Positions 8,512 through 18,810 of a stretch of DNA of 64,000 bases are shown in pieces. The translations under genes and the position numbers were made by a program. The stretch lies in IMG/VR virus record IMGVR_UViG_3300044707_000140, positions 34,081 through 98,080 of that record, one strand, 5' to 3'. The stretch's first letter is position 1, and each line of letters starts with the position of its first letter. The notes under the pieces were generated by a model. The model saw nothing but the letters and a program-made list of their open reading frames with translations. It was not told the origin of the DNA and searched no databases. The stretch comes from a virus.

Positions 8512-10065
8512 TTAGAACTGTGGAATTTCTTCAATAAGAACTGTACGAGACAAGTCCTCAATGAATACATCACAACGATCCTTCATCCAGATTTCATATC
8601 CTGGGAATTTGTTCGCAGAGCTCATACCCTGAGACTTAGCAAAGCCTAAGTGGTGGCGAGTTCCATCGATATATCCCCAAGTCATAGAAGGTGCACCCTT
8701 CATACGAACTTCACGGATGTTGTTAACCATAGAGCCATCAGACATTGGAGATACGTCGAACACCATGAATACAGGTGTAGACTTCTTGTTCTGTCCAAAT
8801 TCTAGGTTAGATTGAGGAAGGTCAAGTTCTTTCAGGTGAATCAGTTCAACACGACCAGTCTCACGAGTTACCATTGCATCGAATGCAAAGTTGTAAGTGA
8901 TGTGTTGTCCTTCGCCCTGCAGGTAACGGTTTCCGCTATCAGCTATGAAGCTAAGACCACTGTTCAAAGCGTCTGTCTTCAAAGCTTGTTGGAACACGTC
9001 AAAACCTGCTTCGTTAGTATACATTTTAACACGACGGTCTTTAACATCCACACGACGATAGAACAGGTCACCAAACACAGAACGGATCAGGTTGGCAGTA
9101 AATTCACCACGGTTGTATTGAACCAGGTTACCGTTGTTACGCATGCGGTGGTAAACACCAGCAGAAGTACGCTTAAGTTCTTGCTTGCTACCGTTAGTCT
9201 TAACAGTACCAGGACGAGACCAAATCATACGCTTAACTTTCAACTCAAGCATAGATTTACGCATCCAGAACTCAATAAATGGCTCCCATTTAACATCGTT
9301 ACGAGTTAAAGGAAGTTGGTTACGACGCTGAGGTGCATATACAAGGATATCCAAAGGACGTCCTGCAGAGTCACGCATCATTTTGTCATCAGCCCACTCA
9401 GTGATTTTGTGCTCAAAACCATATGCAGAACCTAAAGATTCAAACATTGTGATTTGCTCACCCAAACGAGGAAGACCTAACAAATCTTGATCGAACTCAC
9501 CAATTGCAGCATCAACCAACTCAAGCTCGATACCTACTTGTAAGAAAGTAGAGCTAACGAAATCTACAGTTGGGTTGTCTGTAACCAAAGTGAAGCTATA
9601 AAGGAATCCCATGTTCCAAGGAATTGGGTCCTTAATAACGTAGAAACGAGGACCATACTGACGGCTACCAACAGAAACGATTGCGTTCTTAGAGAACTCG
9701 TTTGTGTCAAGTACCAATTGGAACTCTTGTCCATCGATACCAGGCTTGCTCAACTCAAGAGTTGAGTTAGGTACATCGATGATTTTGGGGAATTTGTAGG
9801 GAACAGCTACTTGCCATTTCCAAGCATCGCTATTATTATCAATGTAATAAGGCGTGCTTTTGTTGATCATGTCAAGGAAGTCATTGCTGTACAGAGAGCT
9901 CTGCGTATAGAGACTGATGATCTTCTTGTCGTAATCAGCAGGCTCAGTTGAGTGAAAGCTCTCCAGGTGGTTAGCGTCAGTTAGCTTACCTACAGCACGC
10001 TTGTCCATAGAAGCGACACGAGCATACGTGAAGCCAGTTAGACCTGGGATTGTTTGAATTGCCAT
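8512..10065 (-). CDS. Major capsid protein (crAss-type)
   Basis: 517 aa; order terminase-portal-scaffold-MCP; strongly biased codons; 'VKMYTNEAGFDVFQ' and C-terminal 'VFIEDLSRTVLIE'. Confidence 0.85.
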   Translation of the reverse strand: MAIQTIPGLTGFTYARVASMDKRAVGKLTDANHLESFHSTEPADYDKKIISLYTQSSLYSNDFLDMINKSTPYYIDNNSDAWKWQVAVPYKFPKIIDVPNSTLELSKPGIDGQEFQLVLDTNEFSKNAIVSVGSRQYGPRFYVIKDPIPWNMGFLYSFTLVTDNPTVDFVSSTFLQVGIELELVDAAIGEFDQDLLGLPRLGEQITMFESLGSAYGFEHKITEWADDKMMRDSAGRPLDILVYAPQRRNQLPLTRNDVKWEPFIEFWMRKSMLELKVKRMIWSRPGTVKTNGSKQELKRTSAGVYHRMRNNGNLVQYNRGEFTANLIRSVFGDLFYRRVDVKDRRVKMYTNEAGFDVFQQALKTDALNSGLSFIADSGNRYLQGEGQHITYNFAFDAMVTRETGRVELIHLKELDLPQSNLEFGQNKKSTPVFMVFDVSPMSDGSMVNNIREVRMKGAPSMTWGYIDGTRHHLGFAKSQGMSSANKFPGYEIWMKDRCDVFIEDLSRTVLIEEIPQF

Positions 10066-10093
10066 TTTTTATTCTTTTGTGTTTATGAAAAAA

Positions 10094-11386
10094 TTATAAA
10101 AACCATGAATTTTGTTTAGAAGGCTGAGAGCCACCGCTAGTTGTTGACTTAGTTTTAGTCACCTGTCTAGCCACTTCCCCAAACAGCTCGTTTGATTTCT
10201 TAGAAACGCCTGTTCTTTGGATGGTAGATAGTGTAGGATCTTTTTCTAAGATCTTCAGTAGCAGTGCAACCTTCACTTTGGTTGCATGGTTTTCAGGTCT
10301 TTTCAACTCTAAGATGGTCTTATCGAAATCTGTGAGAGTTTCTCCTGTTGCTGTCTTATACTTATCTACCAGCAGGAAGTCTTGTAGTTCGTTGGCCAAC
10401 TTAGGGTTGATGGGTATTCCGTCAAACTCCTTGGATTTCAGCTTATCCTGAAGGACTTGCTGAACGTTATTAATATACTGATTCTTTACAGCTTGTTTCT
10501 GTTGTAGCTCCACCTCAGCCTTTTGCTCCATTTGGGCAAGTTTCTGGGCTTCCTTCTTAACCAACACCTTGTGGTGTTTTGTTGCTACACTTTCTAAATC
10601 ACCGTAGTTTTTGAGTCTTTCAACCTCTGTGTTGATGTCTTCAGGCTCAAATCCTTGATCAGCTAGAGCTTGCTTAATGACTGACACTTGATTATTCTCT
10701 TGTGACAAGTCCATATCAGCGAAGCTTACAACATTGTTATATGTACCAAAGTATTCCTTTGGATTAACACCTTTTACGAATATAGCATCGAACGCTTGTT
10801 GATAATCTTCACCAAACTGACCAATGAAGTTTTGTACCATTTCAACAGCTCCTTTCTTCTTCTCACTTTGGAAGCGTTCAAGGAACTCTTCAGGAGTGGA
10901 TATACTTACATCTTCTTCATCCTCATCCTGTGAAAACACACCAAGTTTGAAGAGGTCGCGGGACAGAGCTGTAAATTGACTCACTTGCTCATCTCCACCT
11001 TCTGCATCATCTGTTTCTTCAGCAGCAGGTTTAGCTTCAGCAACAGGAGCTGCGGGAGCTTTCTTCTTAACTGGTTGAGGATCAGCTTCTTCTGCATTAT
11101 CCTCATCCCCAGCATTATCTCCCAAGAAGCTAGAAATCAGGTCTTGACCTGAAAGTTCTTTACCATCTTCTTTAGGAACAATCTCCTTTCCTTTTGGAAC
11201 ATCTGGTTTTGGATCTGCAGTGGGGGGTGTAGCCTCTTTTACAATCTCCTGAAGTTGATCAGGACTGCTTGTAGAAGTTTCAGGAGCTAAAAGGTCATTA
11301 AGAAGCTCCGTACCACCAGGACCCATTTCCATAGTGTTCTCAATACTAAAGTTGCCAAACGATGGCGTATCAAGGTTCTCAGCCAT
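10094..11386 (-). CDS. Acidic scaffolding-like protein (crAss gene-77-like)
   Basis: Acidic disordered N-terminal half and coiled-coil C-terminal half; immediately upstream of the major capsid gene. Confidence 0.65.
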   Translation of the reverse strand: MAENLDTPSFGNFSIENTMEMGPGGTELLNDLLAPETSTSSPDQLQEIVKEATPPTADPKPDVPKGKEIVPKEDGKELSGQDLISSFLGDNAGDEDNAEEADPQPVKKKAPAAPVAEAKPAAEETDDAEGGDEQVSQFTALSRDLFKLGVFSQDEDEEDVSISTPEEFLERFQSEKKKGAVEMVQNFIGQFGEDYQQAFDAIFVKGVNPKEYFGTYNNVVSFADMDLSQENNQVSVIKQALADQGFEPEDINTEVERLKNYGDLESVATKHHKVLVKKEAQKLAQMEQKAEVELQQKQAVKNQYINNVQQVLQDKLKSKEFDGIPINPKLANELQDFLLVDKYKTATGETLTDFDKTILELKRPENHATKVKVALLLKILEKDPTLSTIQRTGVSKKSNELFGEVARQVTKTKSTTSGGSQPSKQNSWFL

Positions 11387-11417
11387 ATGTAGTTGTTTTT
11401 TATTGGTTTATGAAACG

Positions 11418-11448
11418 TAAAAGTATATAATAGCTATTGAATAACAAA
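11418..11448 (-). promoter_or_regulatory. Bacteroidota-type promoter for the capsid operon
   Basis: Minus strand TTTG-N19-TACTTTTA. Confidence 0.45.
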
Positions 11449-11515
11449 GAGTTAGATGGCTATATAGACCATTTTCATGGATAATATAGCATTAATGTTT
11501 TTTACTCTAACTAAA

Positions 11516-11785
11516 TCACTTTAATTCTACCCATCTAAAACCAAGTTTCCACAGAAATCTGGCTGTCTTGGAGGACTCTTTACTAACCTTTGTCTCGCTC
11601 CAGTCAGGGTGTTTTAAGTGAAAATGCTCATGTAGGGCGGTGAGTAAATACCTATAACCACTAAGTCTTACATCTAATTCTATCTTGTTCTTATCATCCC
11701 AGGCTAGTCCATGAGCTTTTTCTCTGCCTAGTTTACGATGCTCTACCTTATGTGGGTTTGTTATTTCCATATTGACTTGCTTCAA
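11516..11785 (-). CDS. Small HExxH (zincin-like) protein
   Basis: 'GLAW...IELDVRL...TALHEHFHL...WSE' fits a minimal metallopeptidase; the true start may be the downstream MEITNP. Confidence 0.5.
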   Translation of the reverse strand: MKQVNMEITNPHKVEHRKLGREKAHGLAWDDKNKIELDVRLSGYRYLLTALHEHFHLKHPDWSETKVSKESSKTARFLWKLGFRWVELK

Positions 11786-11984
11786 ATATTTCTTTAAGAG
11801 CCTGATAAGTAATTAATAATGACATCTTTTTTATTCCACTCACCATCTCAACCTCTTCTTCAGACAACAAAACAGTGTCCATGTCCTCAACAACACCCAT
11901 TGCTTGTATACAGGCTGTAATGTCCTCATGAGGTGTTGGATCAAACTCCATGATGTCATTATCTAATATCTCGTTGATATCCAT
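11748..11984 (-). CDS. Hypothetical acidic protein
   Basis: Start overlaps the portal stop (TAATG). Confidence 0.6.
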   Translation of the reverse strand: MDINEILDNDIMEFDPTPHEDITACIQAMGVVEDMDTVLLSEEEVEMVSGIKKMSLLITYQALKEIFEASQYGNNKPT

Positions 11985-14578
11985 TATTCTTTTTTAGGTT
12001 TCTTCGCTCTTCCCTTTGCATTCTCTTTTGCTATCGCTAAATCATTTGCTTGATTCTCACGAGCCACTTTCAATTTCTCCCTTTCTACAGAAAGTTTTTC
12101 AGCAGCTAGTCTATTCTTGGAATTGATATCAGCCATTTTAGCATCAAACTCTCTACTTGCTTTCGATTGTTCTGCAGCTAACTTGCTGATTTCCAATACA
12201 TCAGGAGTTCCTGACTCATCTACATCAGACAGACCCATACCCATAGACTTAGCTTCAGCATTGATTAGGGCAATCTCTTTCTTGTTTATGCGATCAAGCT
12301 CGTTCTGGTAGTTATCATTTGCAATATCCTGCTCTTTCTGTATTTGAGCTTGTTGCATTTGAGCTTGAGCAATTTGAGCCTGTTGATCAGTTTGTTGCTG
12401 TTGGATTTGCAATTGTTGCTGTTGCATTGCATCTTGTTTGTCACGAAGAGTTTTAAATACCTTCTTCATTTCTCTCATAGACTTAGTGCTGTACAGCTCG
12501 ATCACGTCGTACAGAGATCCACCATTCTGCATCAAAGGCTGTGCCAGCTGACGAAGCTCATTGAACATCTGTGTATCCTCAGGACGATTTGTCAAGAACA
12601 CCTTCAGGTCACGAAACTTTAAGTCAGAACCATTAACAGAAACAAAAGCTGATTCACCCTCGCTAGTAATATAACTGAGTGTAGACTGAGGCTTCTTAGA
12701 TTCTACATATAGAGCTGCATCAATAATAGCTTGATAGAGCTGACCCATTACATATTCGTGAGCTATAAATAAAGGTTCTGTTTGAGCGTAAGACTGTTGA
12801 ACAGCTGTGTTTACACCTGTAGCAGACTCACTGGCTGTAACAGATCCCATACGCTGTCTACTCATCCCCACGAGTTCCCAACATTCGTTCTTTAATTGTT
12901 GAGCTAGTGTATAACGAGATTGAATTTCCTGTGTACGTGTGAGGTCAATATCTCTAAACTGGTTGAAGCTTGAAGGACTCTTCAAGTTCTCAGGGCTATC
13001 GTCAATAAAGACAACACCCCTGTTTCTTGCTTCTAATTCCCATATATCTAAAGCATCTTGGGCATCACCATCCTTAGGAACAGGAATATGTCTGATGGAT
13101 GTTAAATACACCTTACCCACTTCTTTCTCTAGTAGCTTATAGAGCTGGTTCATACATACGTTGTACAGCACCTGGAAAGGCTTCATCAAATCTACCAGAG
13201 ATTTAGCTTCTGTGTTCTTCACCTCAAAGGTTATACCAATGATAGGACAATAATTAAGAAGCTTAAAAGGTTTAACGTGATAGATGTCTGGACCAATTTT
13301 TGTACCCTGATACCACTGGTTAATCCATCCCCACTCTAACGATTGTTGTGTGGGCATTGTACCACTCTTATAGTTTTCATCTACAAGAACAGATTGCTCG
13401 TTACCAAGCTCATCTAAATAGATGAGTTTACCAATCTTCTTCTTACTTAACCAGTAACAACGAACAACAACATACTTATATCCAAAAGAACTAACATTAG
13501 ATGTTAATCCTAAGAAGTCTTTTAGTCCATCATTATTCTCCTTCATTTCTGATTCAATAATCATACGTGTTTGAAGAACAAGAGGATCGAATGTATCATA
13601 TGTCACTGAGTCAATACCAGGGACAGCATTGGGATTACCTAGATTAGATTCACGGACGTTAATAAGTCCATAGTCTTGGAGAGAACTTCTTAGATGGTCT
13701 ATCTCTTCTTTAGTGAGATCAGGAATGCTTTCAATGATTTCTGAAAGCTCCATAACTTGCACTGTACCAGCGGCATAAGCACCCTGTGCTCTACCTGTAG
13801 GGTCAGAAATATACTTCCTATCAGGAGTTGTAAGAAACCAAGTGTTCTTTGGGTTAGCCACCTCGATGTTAAAACCGAGCTTTGAGTTGTCTTCATATAT
13901 ATGATAGAATTCTCTTCCAGAAATTAGCATATCACGAAATGCATCTTCGCTCTTTTCCTTTACATTGAATTCAGCTTTCTGGCATGTAAGCACGTGGTTA
14001 GCCCACTTTTCAGCTACAGATGTGTAACTGTCTAGGACATCCTGCACATCTTCCATTGTCATTTGTTGCACCTCTTCCTCAGAAAGTTCTTGACCATTCA
14101 TTGCAGCATTTTCTAGAATTTGCTGTTTAGCTTTTCCAATAACATATTGCTGAAGAATTTCTGTTTTAAACTCAAGCTCTTCAGACTTACTATCATCATC
14201 AAAAGCCTTCACCCTGAATGTGTCAGGACGCTTGCTTATTTCACCAACCAGTTCATTAACAGGAGTGGTGATGATGGAGTACATCTTAACATAAGCAGGC
14301 AATTGTAGATCAGCTGTAAGTACGTCTGTGAATGAACGCACTTGTGGTTCCTGATAGAAGTCTTCCATCCTCAGGATACCCTTCATTAGGTCATAGTTTT
14401 TAACAAACGTGTCACGGTTCTTTACATACTCAGCATACGCTTTGTTTGCAAAGTAGTCCATGGTGTTTTTAATCCAGCTTTCATCTTGCTTCTCCTTATC
14501 TGTCTTAAACTGGTCAGGGAAGATGTTAAGATAGGCATACCTAATGGTAGCATCTTTGGTATATCTTATAATTGCCAT
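11984..14578 (-). CDS. Portal protein (crAss-type)
   Basis: 864 aa, follows terminase; 'SLVDLMKPFQVLYN', 'LVGMSRQRMG' and a Gln-rich coiled-coil C-terminus. Confidence 0.85.
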   Translation of the reverse strand: MAIIRYTKDATIRYAYLNIFPDQFKTDKEKQDESWIKNTMDYFANKAYAEYVKNRDTFVKNYDLMKGILRMEDFYQEPQVRSFTDVLTADLQLPAYVKMYSIITTPVNELVGEISKRPDTFRVKAFDDDSKSEELEFKTEILQQYVIGKAKQQILENAAMNGQELSEEEVQQMTMEDVQDVLDSYTSVAEKWANHVLTCQKAEFNVKEKSEDAFRDMLISGREFYHIYEDNSKLGFNIEVANPKNTWFLTTPDRKYISDPTGRAQGAYAAGTVQVMELSEIIESIPDLTKEEIDHLRSSLQDYGLINVRESNLGNPNAVPGIDSVTYDTFDPLVLQTRMIIESEMKENNDGLKDFLGLTSNVSSFGYKYVVVRCYWLSKKKIGKLIYLDELGNEQSVLVDENYKSGTMPTQQSLEWGWINQWYQGTKIGPDIYHVKPFKLLNYCPIIGITFEVKNTEAKSLVDLMKPFQVLYNVCMNQLYKLLEKEVGKVYLTSIRHIPVPKDGDAQDALDIWELEARNRGVVFIDDSPENLKSPSSFNQFRDIDLTRTQEIQSRYTLAQQLKNECWELVGMSRQRMGSVTASESATGVNTAVQQSYAQTEPLFIAHEYVMGQLYQAIIDAALYVESKKPQSTLSYITSEGESAFVSVNGSDLKFRDLKVFLTNRPEDTQMFNELRQLAQPLMQNGGSLYDVIELYSTKSMREMKKVFKTLRDKQDAMQQQQLQIQQQQTDQQAQIAQAQMQQAQIQKEQDIANDNYQNELDRINKKEIALINAEAKSMGMGLSDVDESGTPDVLEISKLAAEQSKASREFDAKMADINSKNRLAAEKLSVEREKLKVARENQANDLAIAKENAKGRAKKPKKE

Positions 14579-16602
14579 TATGAGAACAATTTACTTTTTT
14601 TCTTTTGGAATAACCCTCTTGATTCTGTGAACAATTGGTTTTTCTTATTTGGTCTAAAGAATGCTTTTAATCTGTCATCTCCTGATCCTCCCACCTTTCC
14701 AAGTATGGGGTCCATTTTAAGAGCTTGTGCAATAGCTAACTCTGCTGCTACAATACGGTCAAAGTTACCTTGATCGTTATACTGAATAATCTCTTCTAGC
14801 AGAACAGGATCAAATATCTTTGACACACCTAGCACCTCTTTAATGATATCACCATCTTCGTTCTTTTCTTGATACACTACAGCCTCCATATACTTCTTGA
14901 GACAGTTGTGCAGATAGTCTCTTATCTTATCTGCTGAGCGGTGCACCCCATACTCACGCTTTACGGTGGTACCAGGCACCACTTCTTTCAACCACTCAGG
15001 TTGTTTTTCGAGGTAGTGTGCATCTCCTTTTGCTTTCATATATTCTATGAAGGAGATATCATCATTTTCACAGAGCGTTCGTGCATTATAATATTTGATA
15101 AGAAGTCTAGCCTGTTCTTCCCAGGTTTCTTTCTTATCAGGTCTTGCACAATACGAAGCTACGAACATATCTTGGTATTTCTCACCAGTTATGTCGTGCA
15201 TTCTCTTATAAATATATACAGAACCCAAAGATGTAGAATAGGCAGCTTGTCCTTGTCTATAAGGGTCAACTCCTGCTACATAGAGTCCGTATGGTGGGTT
15301 TTCTAAAGGAAATTCATATACAACTACAGGAGCATCCTTCAGATCAGTATTCTTAAGAGGGAAGTTAGTGATGGGTTGTTTGTCTGTAAACTCATGACTT
15401 ATCTTCTCTCCATCATGGAACAATATAACAGGAGTACCTGTGCGTTCTTGACCAATGAGTCTAGCTTTCTGACGTTTAGCTGCCTCAATATCAAATATGT
15501 TTGTGTCCTCATTCAGGAAGATGTCATCCACTTCCATGGGATAGTACATCTTCTCTTTCAGATAGGCCACTCTATCTCCAGCCTTTTTCAGGCGTTCTAG
15601 ATTAGATTCTGTAATTTGTTTAGCCTTCTCCTCATTACTCACCAACATCTTAACGTTGTGAAGATCGCTTCCTTTAGGCTGTTCCAAAAACGCACCAAGC
15701 GTACTTTCTTCCTTAGCCTCCATTCGATATTTATACGAAATAAACAAGCCATGAATACGTTTCTCATCCTTTTCATTATTGTATGTAAGGAAGTTAAAGT
15801 TGTCTACATCAAACATTAGACTCTTGGCATCCATGAATCTCTTCATATCACCACCAGTCCCAGTAAGAATTGGAGAACACCCCCATCCGTATGGAGTTGT
15901 AAAACCTGGCACAGCTGCCTGAAATCCTCTGAGAAAATTACCCTTACCAATCTCATCAATAATTAGTTTACGTGGTTTGGTACCAGCAATAGCTTCTTCG
16001 TTATTACCTTCATCCAAGTTACGGATGAGGATCTGGGAGAACGGAATACGCTCTCCTGATTTAGTCTTAATACCTAGGGTGACTTGGTTTTTCCAGTTGT
16101 CCTCAACTCTCTGCCATCTCCATGCTTCAGGCAAAAAGTTAAGGCCCTTGTCCAGCTTATCCGTGATCAGCTTTATATCGGGGGCATTCAACCCAGCGAT
16201 CACATTCTGGGAATTCTCATCAAATGTAGCGCCCCACCCTATGTAAGAAGCCTCTAAAACAGACTTAGCAAAACGTCGAATTCCTAGTATAACTAGTCCT
16301 TTCTTGTCTTGTTGAGCCCTTTCTATTTCGTTTGTTACAATCCACTCATTGTCACGCAATAAGGGATTGGCATATTTCTGTGATATTCTTCCACGCTCAT
16401 CAATAACATCCACTTCTGTGTGCCAGATGTTAAGGTGCCAGTAGAGAAAAGGGTTAATGAACACCCCGTTCATCATAGCACCATTTAAGCATATATCTCT
16501 ATGGAAGTCAAAAAAAGGTTTGTACTCTGCTGACTGACGATCAGGAATACGCCCCTGGTTTAAATACCAGTCTCTGTAATCTATGCTTTTTATTTCAGTC
16601 AT
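14578..16602 (-). CDS. terL: Terminase large subunit
   Basis: Walker A variant 'GIRRFAKS', Walker B 'LIIDEIG', 'TGTGG', nuclease 'GVDPY' and 'GNFDRI'. Confidence 0.88.
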   Translation of the reverse strand: MTEIKSIDYRDWYLNQGRIPDRQSAEYKPFFDFHRDICLNGAMMNGVFINPFLYWHLNIWHTEVDVIDERGRISQKYANPLLRDNEWIVTNEIERAQQDKKGLVILGIRRFAKSVLEASYIGWGATFDENSQNVIAGLNAPDIKLITDKLDKGLNFLPEAWRWQRVEDNWKNQVTLGIKTKSGERIPFSQILIRNLDEGNNEEAIAGTKPRKLIIDEIGKGNFLRGFQAAVPGFTTPYGWGCSPILTGTGGDMKRFMDAKSLMFDVDNFNFLTYNNEKDEKRIHGLFISYKYRMEAKEESTLGAFLEQPKGSDLHNVKMLVSNEEKAKQITESNLERLKKAGDRVAYLKEKMYYPMEVDDIFLNEDTNIFDIEAAKRQKARLIGQERTGTPVILFHDGEKISHEFTDKQPITNFPLKNTDLKDAPVVVYEFPLENPPYGLYVAGVDPYRQGQAAYSTSLGSVYIYKRMHDITGEKYQDMFVASYCARPDKKETWEEQARLLIKYYNARTLCENDDISFIEYMKAKGDAHYLEKQPEWLKEVVPGTTVKREYGVHRSADKIRDYLHNCLKKYMEAVVYQEKNEDGDIIKEVLGVSKIFDPVLLEEIIQYNDQGNFDRIVAAELAIAQALKMDPILGKVGGSGDDRLKAFFRPNKKNQLFTESRGLFQKKKSKLFS

Positions 16603-16937
16603 TATCTTCTGCTCCTGAGGAAGTCTTCAGCCATTGAACTCAACTCTCCATTCCCTCTAACTTCCACTTTAGCTTCTTCTTTCTCACGCAGTTTTTCCAC
16701 AACCTCCAGAAGAGCTAGATAGTTCTTCATTGTTTCCTGGATGAACTTACCCTGTGCCTCAATGCTTGCTATCACCATGGGTAACATACCTCCTTTAGCT
16801 GTAGGTTTCCACTCAATCCTGTCCTTCAGTTCATGAAGGGGATTTGCATCTACATAAGCTTTCCACGATGTGAGCTGTTGTTCAGCCCAATCAAGCTCTG
16901 TATTTATGTATGTAGTTTTTTTAATAGTCTTCGCCAT
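16602..16937 (-). CDS. Hypothetical protein (possible terminase small subunit)
   Basis: Helical, ends 'VRGNGELS'; translationally coupled to terL; function from position only. Confidence 0.4.
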   Translation of the reverse strand: MAKTIKKTTYINTELDWAEQQLTSWKAYVDANPLHELKDRIEWKPTAKGGMLPMVIASIEAQGKFIQETMKNYLALLEVVEKLREKEEAKVEVRGNGELSSMAEDFLRSRR

Positions 16938-17202
16938 CTTGCTCTTTTAAAATGTCATCCAGATTCATACCATCCTTAATAATCTGGTCAAGTTCGTTCT
17001 CATCTGTATGAGGAACGTCTAGCTCTAGTTGAGACTTATACTTCTCTAGAGCAAATAGCACTTCTTTGTCTGTCAGTCCCCACACGTCTCCATACTCATC
17101 AAGCGCAGTGGCTAAGTGTCTACCCATATTGTAATTAGGGTAGGCAGTGTGTAGTTGTTGGAGAATTGTCAGAACCTGACTGTAATAACTTGCCTTTCTC
17201 AT
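16921..17202 (-). CDS. Hypothetical protein
   Basis: Packed ORF in the operon. Confidence 0.6.
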   Translation of the reverse strand: MRKASYYSQVLTILQQLHTAYPNYNMGRHLATALDEYGDVWGLTDKEVLFALEKYKSQLELDVPHTDENELDQIIKDGMNLDDILKEQDGEDY

Positions 17203-17206
17203 TAGC

Positions 17207-17389
17207 TCATTTTACTATCAAGCCAGCGCTTGTAGCAGATAGCTTCTCTAATCCTGGTGAAACAACACTCTTGATTAGTTTAGCTATCTCTTCGTTAGCT
17301 AGCGTTTTTACATCTTCTGAAATTCCTGGAGTTGCTACCAAAGCTCCGAGCTTCTCAATAACAATCCATGCTTCTACTATTGGGTTCAT
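17207..17389 (-). CDS. Hypothetical protein
   Basis: 60-aa ORF overlapping the upstream stop (ATGA). Confidence 0.55.
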   Translation of the reverse strand: MNPIVEAWIVIEKLGALVATPGISEDVKTLANEEIAKLIKSVVSPGLEKLSATSAGLIVK

Positions 17390-17643
17390 ATTAATTGGTT
17401 TAAATCTTCGTCATCAAGCTTTTTAGAAGGGTCAATCTCCACCTCTATATCAAACTCATTTTCCTCTTTATCTCCTTTGGTGTAATATTCTTCCTTGATA
17501 GCAATTCCTATGTTATCTTGTAACTCATCAGGAACGCCTATAATATCCACGAAATCAGCGCCTTTGTTCCAAGCGTCTGTAAGCACCTCAATGAATAGCT
17601 TCAGAGGTATCTTCTTAAGGGTGATTTCTTGTCTATTTTCCAT
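17386..17643 (-). CDS. Hypothetical acidic protein
   Basis: Packed ORF. Confidence 0.6.
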   Translation of the reverse strand: MENRQEITLKKIPLKLFIEVLTDAWNKGADFVDIIGVPDELQDNIGIAIKEEYYTKGDKEENEFDIEVEIDPSKKLDDEDLNQLI

Positions 17644-17923
17644 CAGGATTCATTTCATCTTCTTGATCTGGTGTTACCAGGGCCAACCACTTTTCTAAAG
17701 GGCAAGCACAAGATAGACACTTAGTCTTGGCAGCCAGGGTGCATCCACAATGTGTGCAATGATCGTCTGGTCTGACAGTTTTATAGTTCTTTCTGTTTTT
17801 GGAGTGGTATTCACATCCAGCACAGATGGCCAACCTTTCTTCACTCGTTTCCGTTATCTTGCTCCTCAACTTTTTGGGCGGCAGCAGGTTGTTCCTCCAC
17901 CCCTCGTAAATCTGAGAAATCAT
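17633..17923 (-). CDS. Cys-rich zinc-binding protein
   Basis: 'RLAICAGC...HCTHCGCTLAAKT...CACPLEKW', a pattern common in Bacteroidota phages. Confidence 0.65.
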   Translation of the reverse strand: MISQIYEGWRNNLLPPKKLRSKITETSEERLAICAGCEYHSKNRKNYKTVRPDDHCTHCGCTLAAKTKCLSCACPLEKWLALVTPDQEDEMNPDGK

Positions 17924-18299
17924 ATATCCTTGGTTTTAAATCTCTTATGTTGTCAAGGGCTGACTGAAGCTTCATGCTGGCGTTCCTCCTTTTGGCTTCT
18001 GGCAGCGCTTCGTCATTTGCCTTTTTCTCAAACAGGGCCTTTTGGCTTAGAAACTTCTGCATTGTTTTCACCGCCTTCCCATCATTGAAAAAGAACTTCC
18101 CAAACCCACTGATTTCCAAGCTCTTATGCTGAGACATTGCCTCGTTAGCGCTTTGGAACTGGTGGTTGACAACAGCCTCTAGCACCTTCTCACTCATTCT
18201 CATTTTCACAGCCATTTTCCTAATCAGATATTCCTTGACGGAAAGGCTAACAGGCTTATCAGTGAACAAGTCTGATTTCAAGGGTGATGTCATTATCAA
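17841..18299 (-). CDS. HU/IHF-like DNA-binding protein
   Basis: 'VVNHQFQSANEAM...SLEISGFGKF' matches the HU/IHF 'I.GFG.F' signature; start uncertain (TTG at 18269 is possible). Confidence 0.65.
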   Translation of the reverse strand: MIMTSPLKSDLFTDKPVSLSVKEYLIRKMAVKMRMSEKVLEAVVNHQFQSANEAMSQHKSLEISGFGKFFFNDGKAVKTMQKFLSQKALFEKKANDEALPEAKRRNASMKLQSALDNIRDLKPRIYDFSDLRGVEEQPAAAQKVEEQDNGNE

Positions 18300-18603
18300 A
18301 GTTTAACACGATTTGTGGATTCACCTTCACCTTTGTCCCATCCTTCACCAGCACTCCTATCTTCTTCAGCCTAGAAATGATGTTATTTATGGAGGCATTG
18401 GTGGTGCCATATCTCTCACAGAAATCCTTACGTATGTTAGCATAAGAGATGTTACCCCTTACAGCAGCAAAAGCCAGGAGCTGTATTTCTCTCTGTGTTA
18501 GCTTCAGATCGTTTACAGCAGACAATAGGGTGTAATACCTTTCAGCAAGGAGGATGTTATCACTCTCTTGTTTCCTTAGTTTCTGTAATACGACGTTCTT
18601 CAT
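18259..18603 (-). CDS. Winged-HTH protein (RepL-like)
   Basis: 'LTQREIQLL...TTNASINNIISRLKKIGVLVK...VNP'. Confidence 0.55.
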   Translation of the reverse strand: MKNVVLQKLRKQESDNILLAERYYTLLSAVNDLKLTQREIQLLAFAAVRGNISYANIRKDFCERYGTTNASINNIISRLKKIGVLVKDGTKVKVNPQIVLNFDNDITLEIRLVH

Positions 18604-18617
18604 AAATTTAGTTAGTA

Positions 18618-18649
18618 CAAAGATAGGAACTATTTATAACATATTCAAA
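18618..18649 (-). promoter_or_regulatory. Bacteroidota-type promoter
   Basis: Minus strand TTTG-N20-TATCTTTG, 15 nt upstream of the ATG at 18603. Confidence 0.7.
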
Positions 18650-18768
18650 TACAATCTTTTACCCTATTGCTATATTATGTCTTATTTCCCTTATTTCTGT
18701 CTACCAGAAGGGGATGAAAAAGCTTTATATCTAAAGGATGTATAGAATAATAACCCACCCAACCTCCC

Positions 18769-18801
18769 CAAAGTTACAACATCCTTCAGATAGGTTCCAA
18801 A
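18769..18801 (-). promoter_or_regulatory. Second Bacteroidota-type promoter
   Basis: Minus strand TTTG-N21-TAACTTTG. Confidence 0.6.
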
Positions 18802-18810
18802 TTTATTTTT

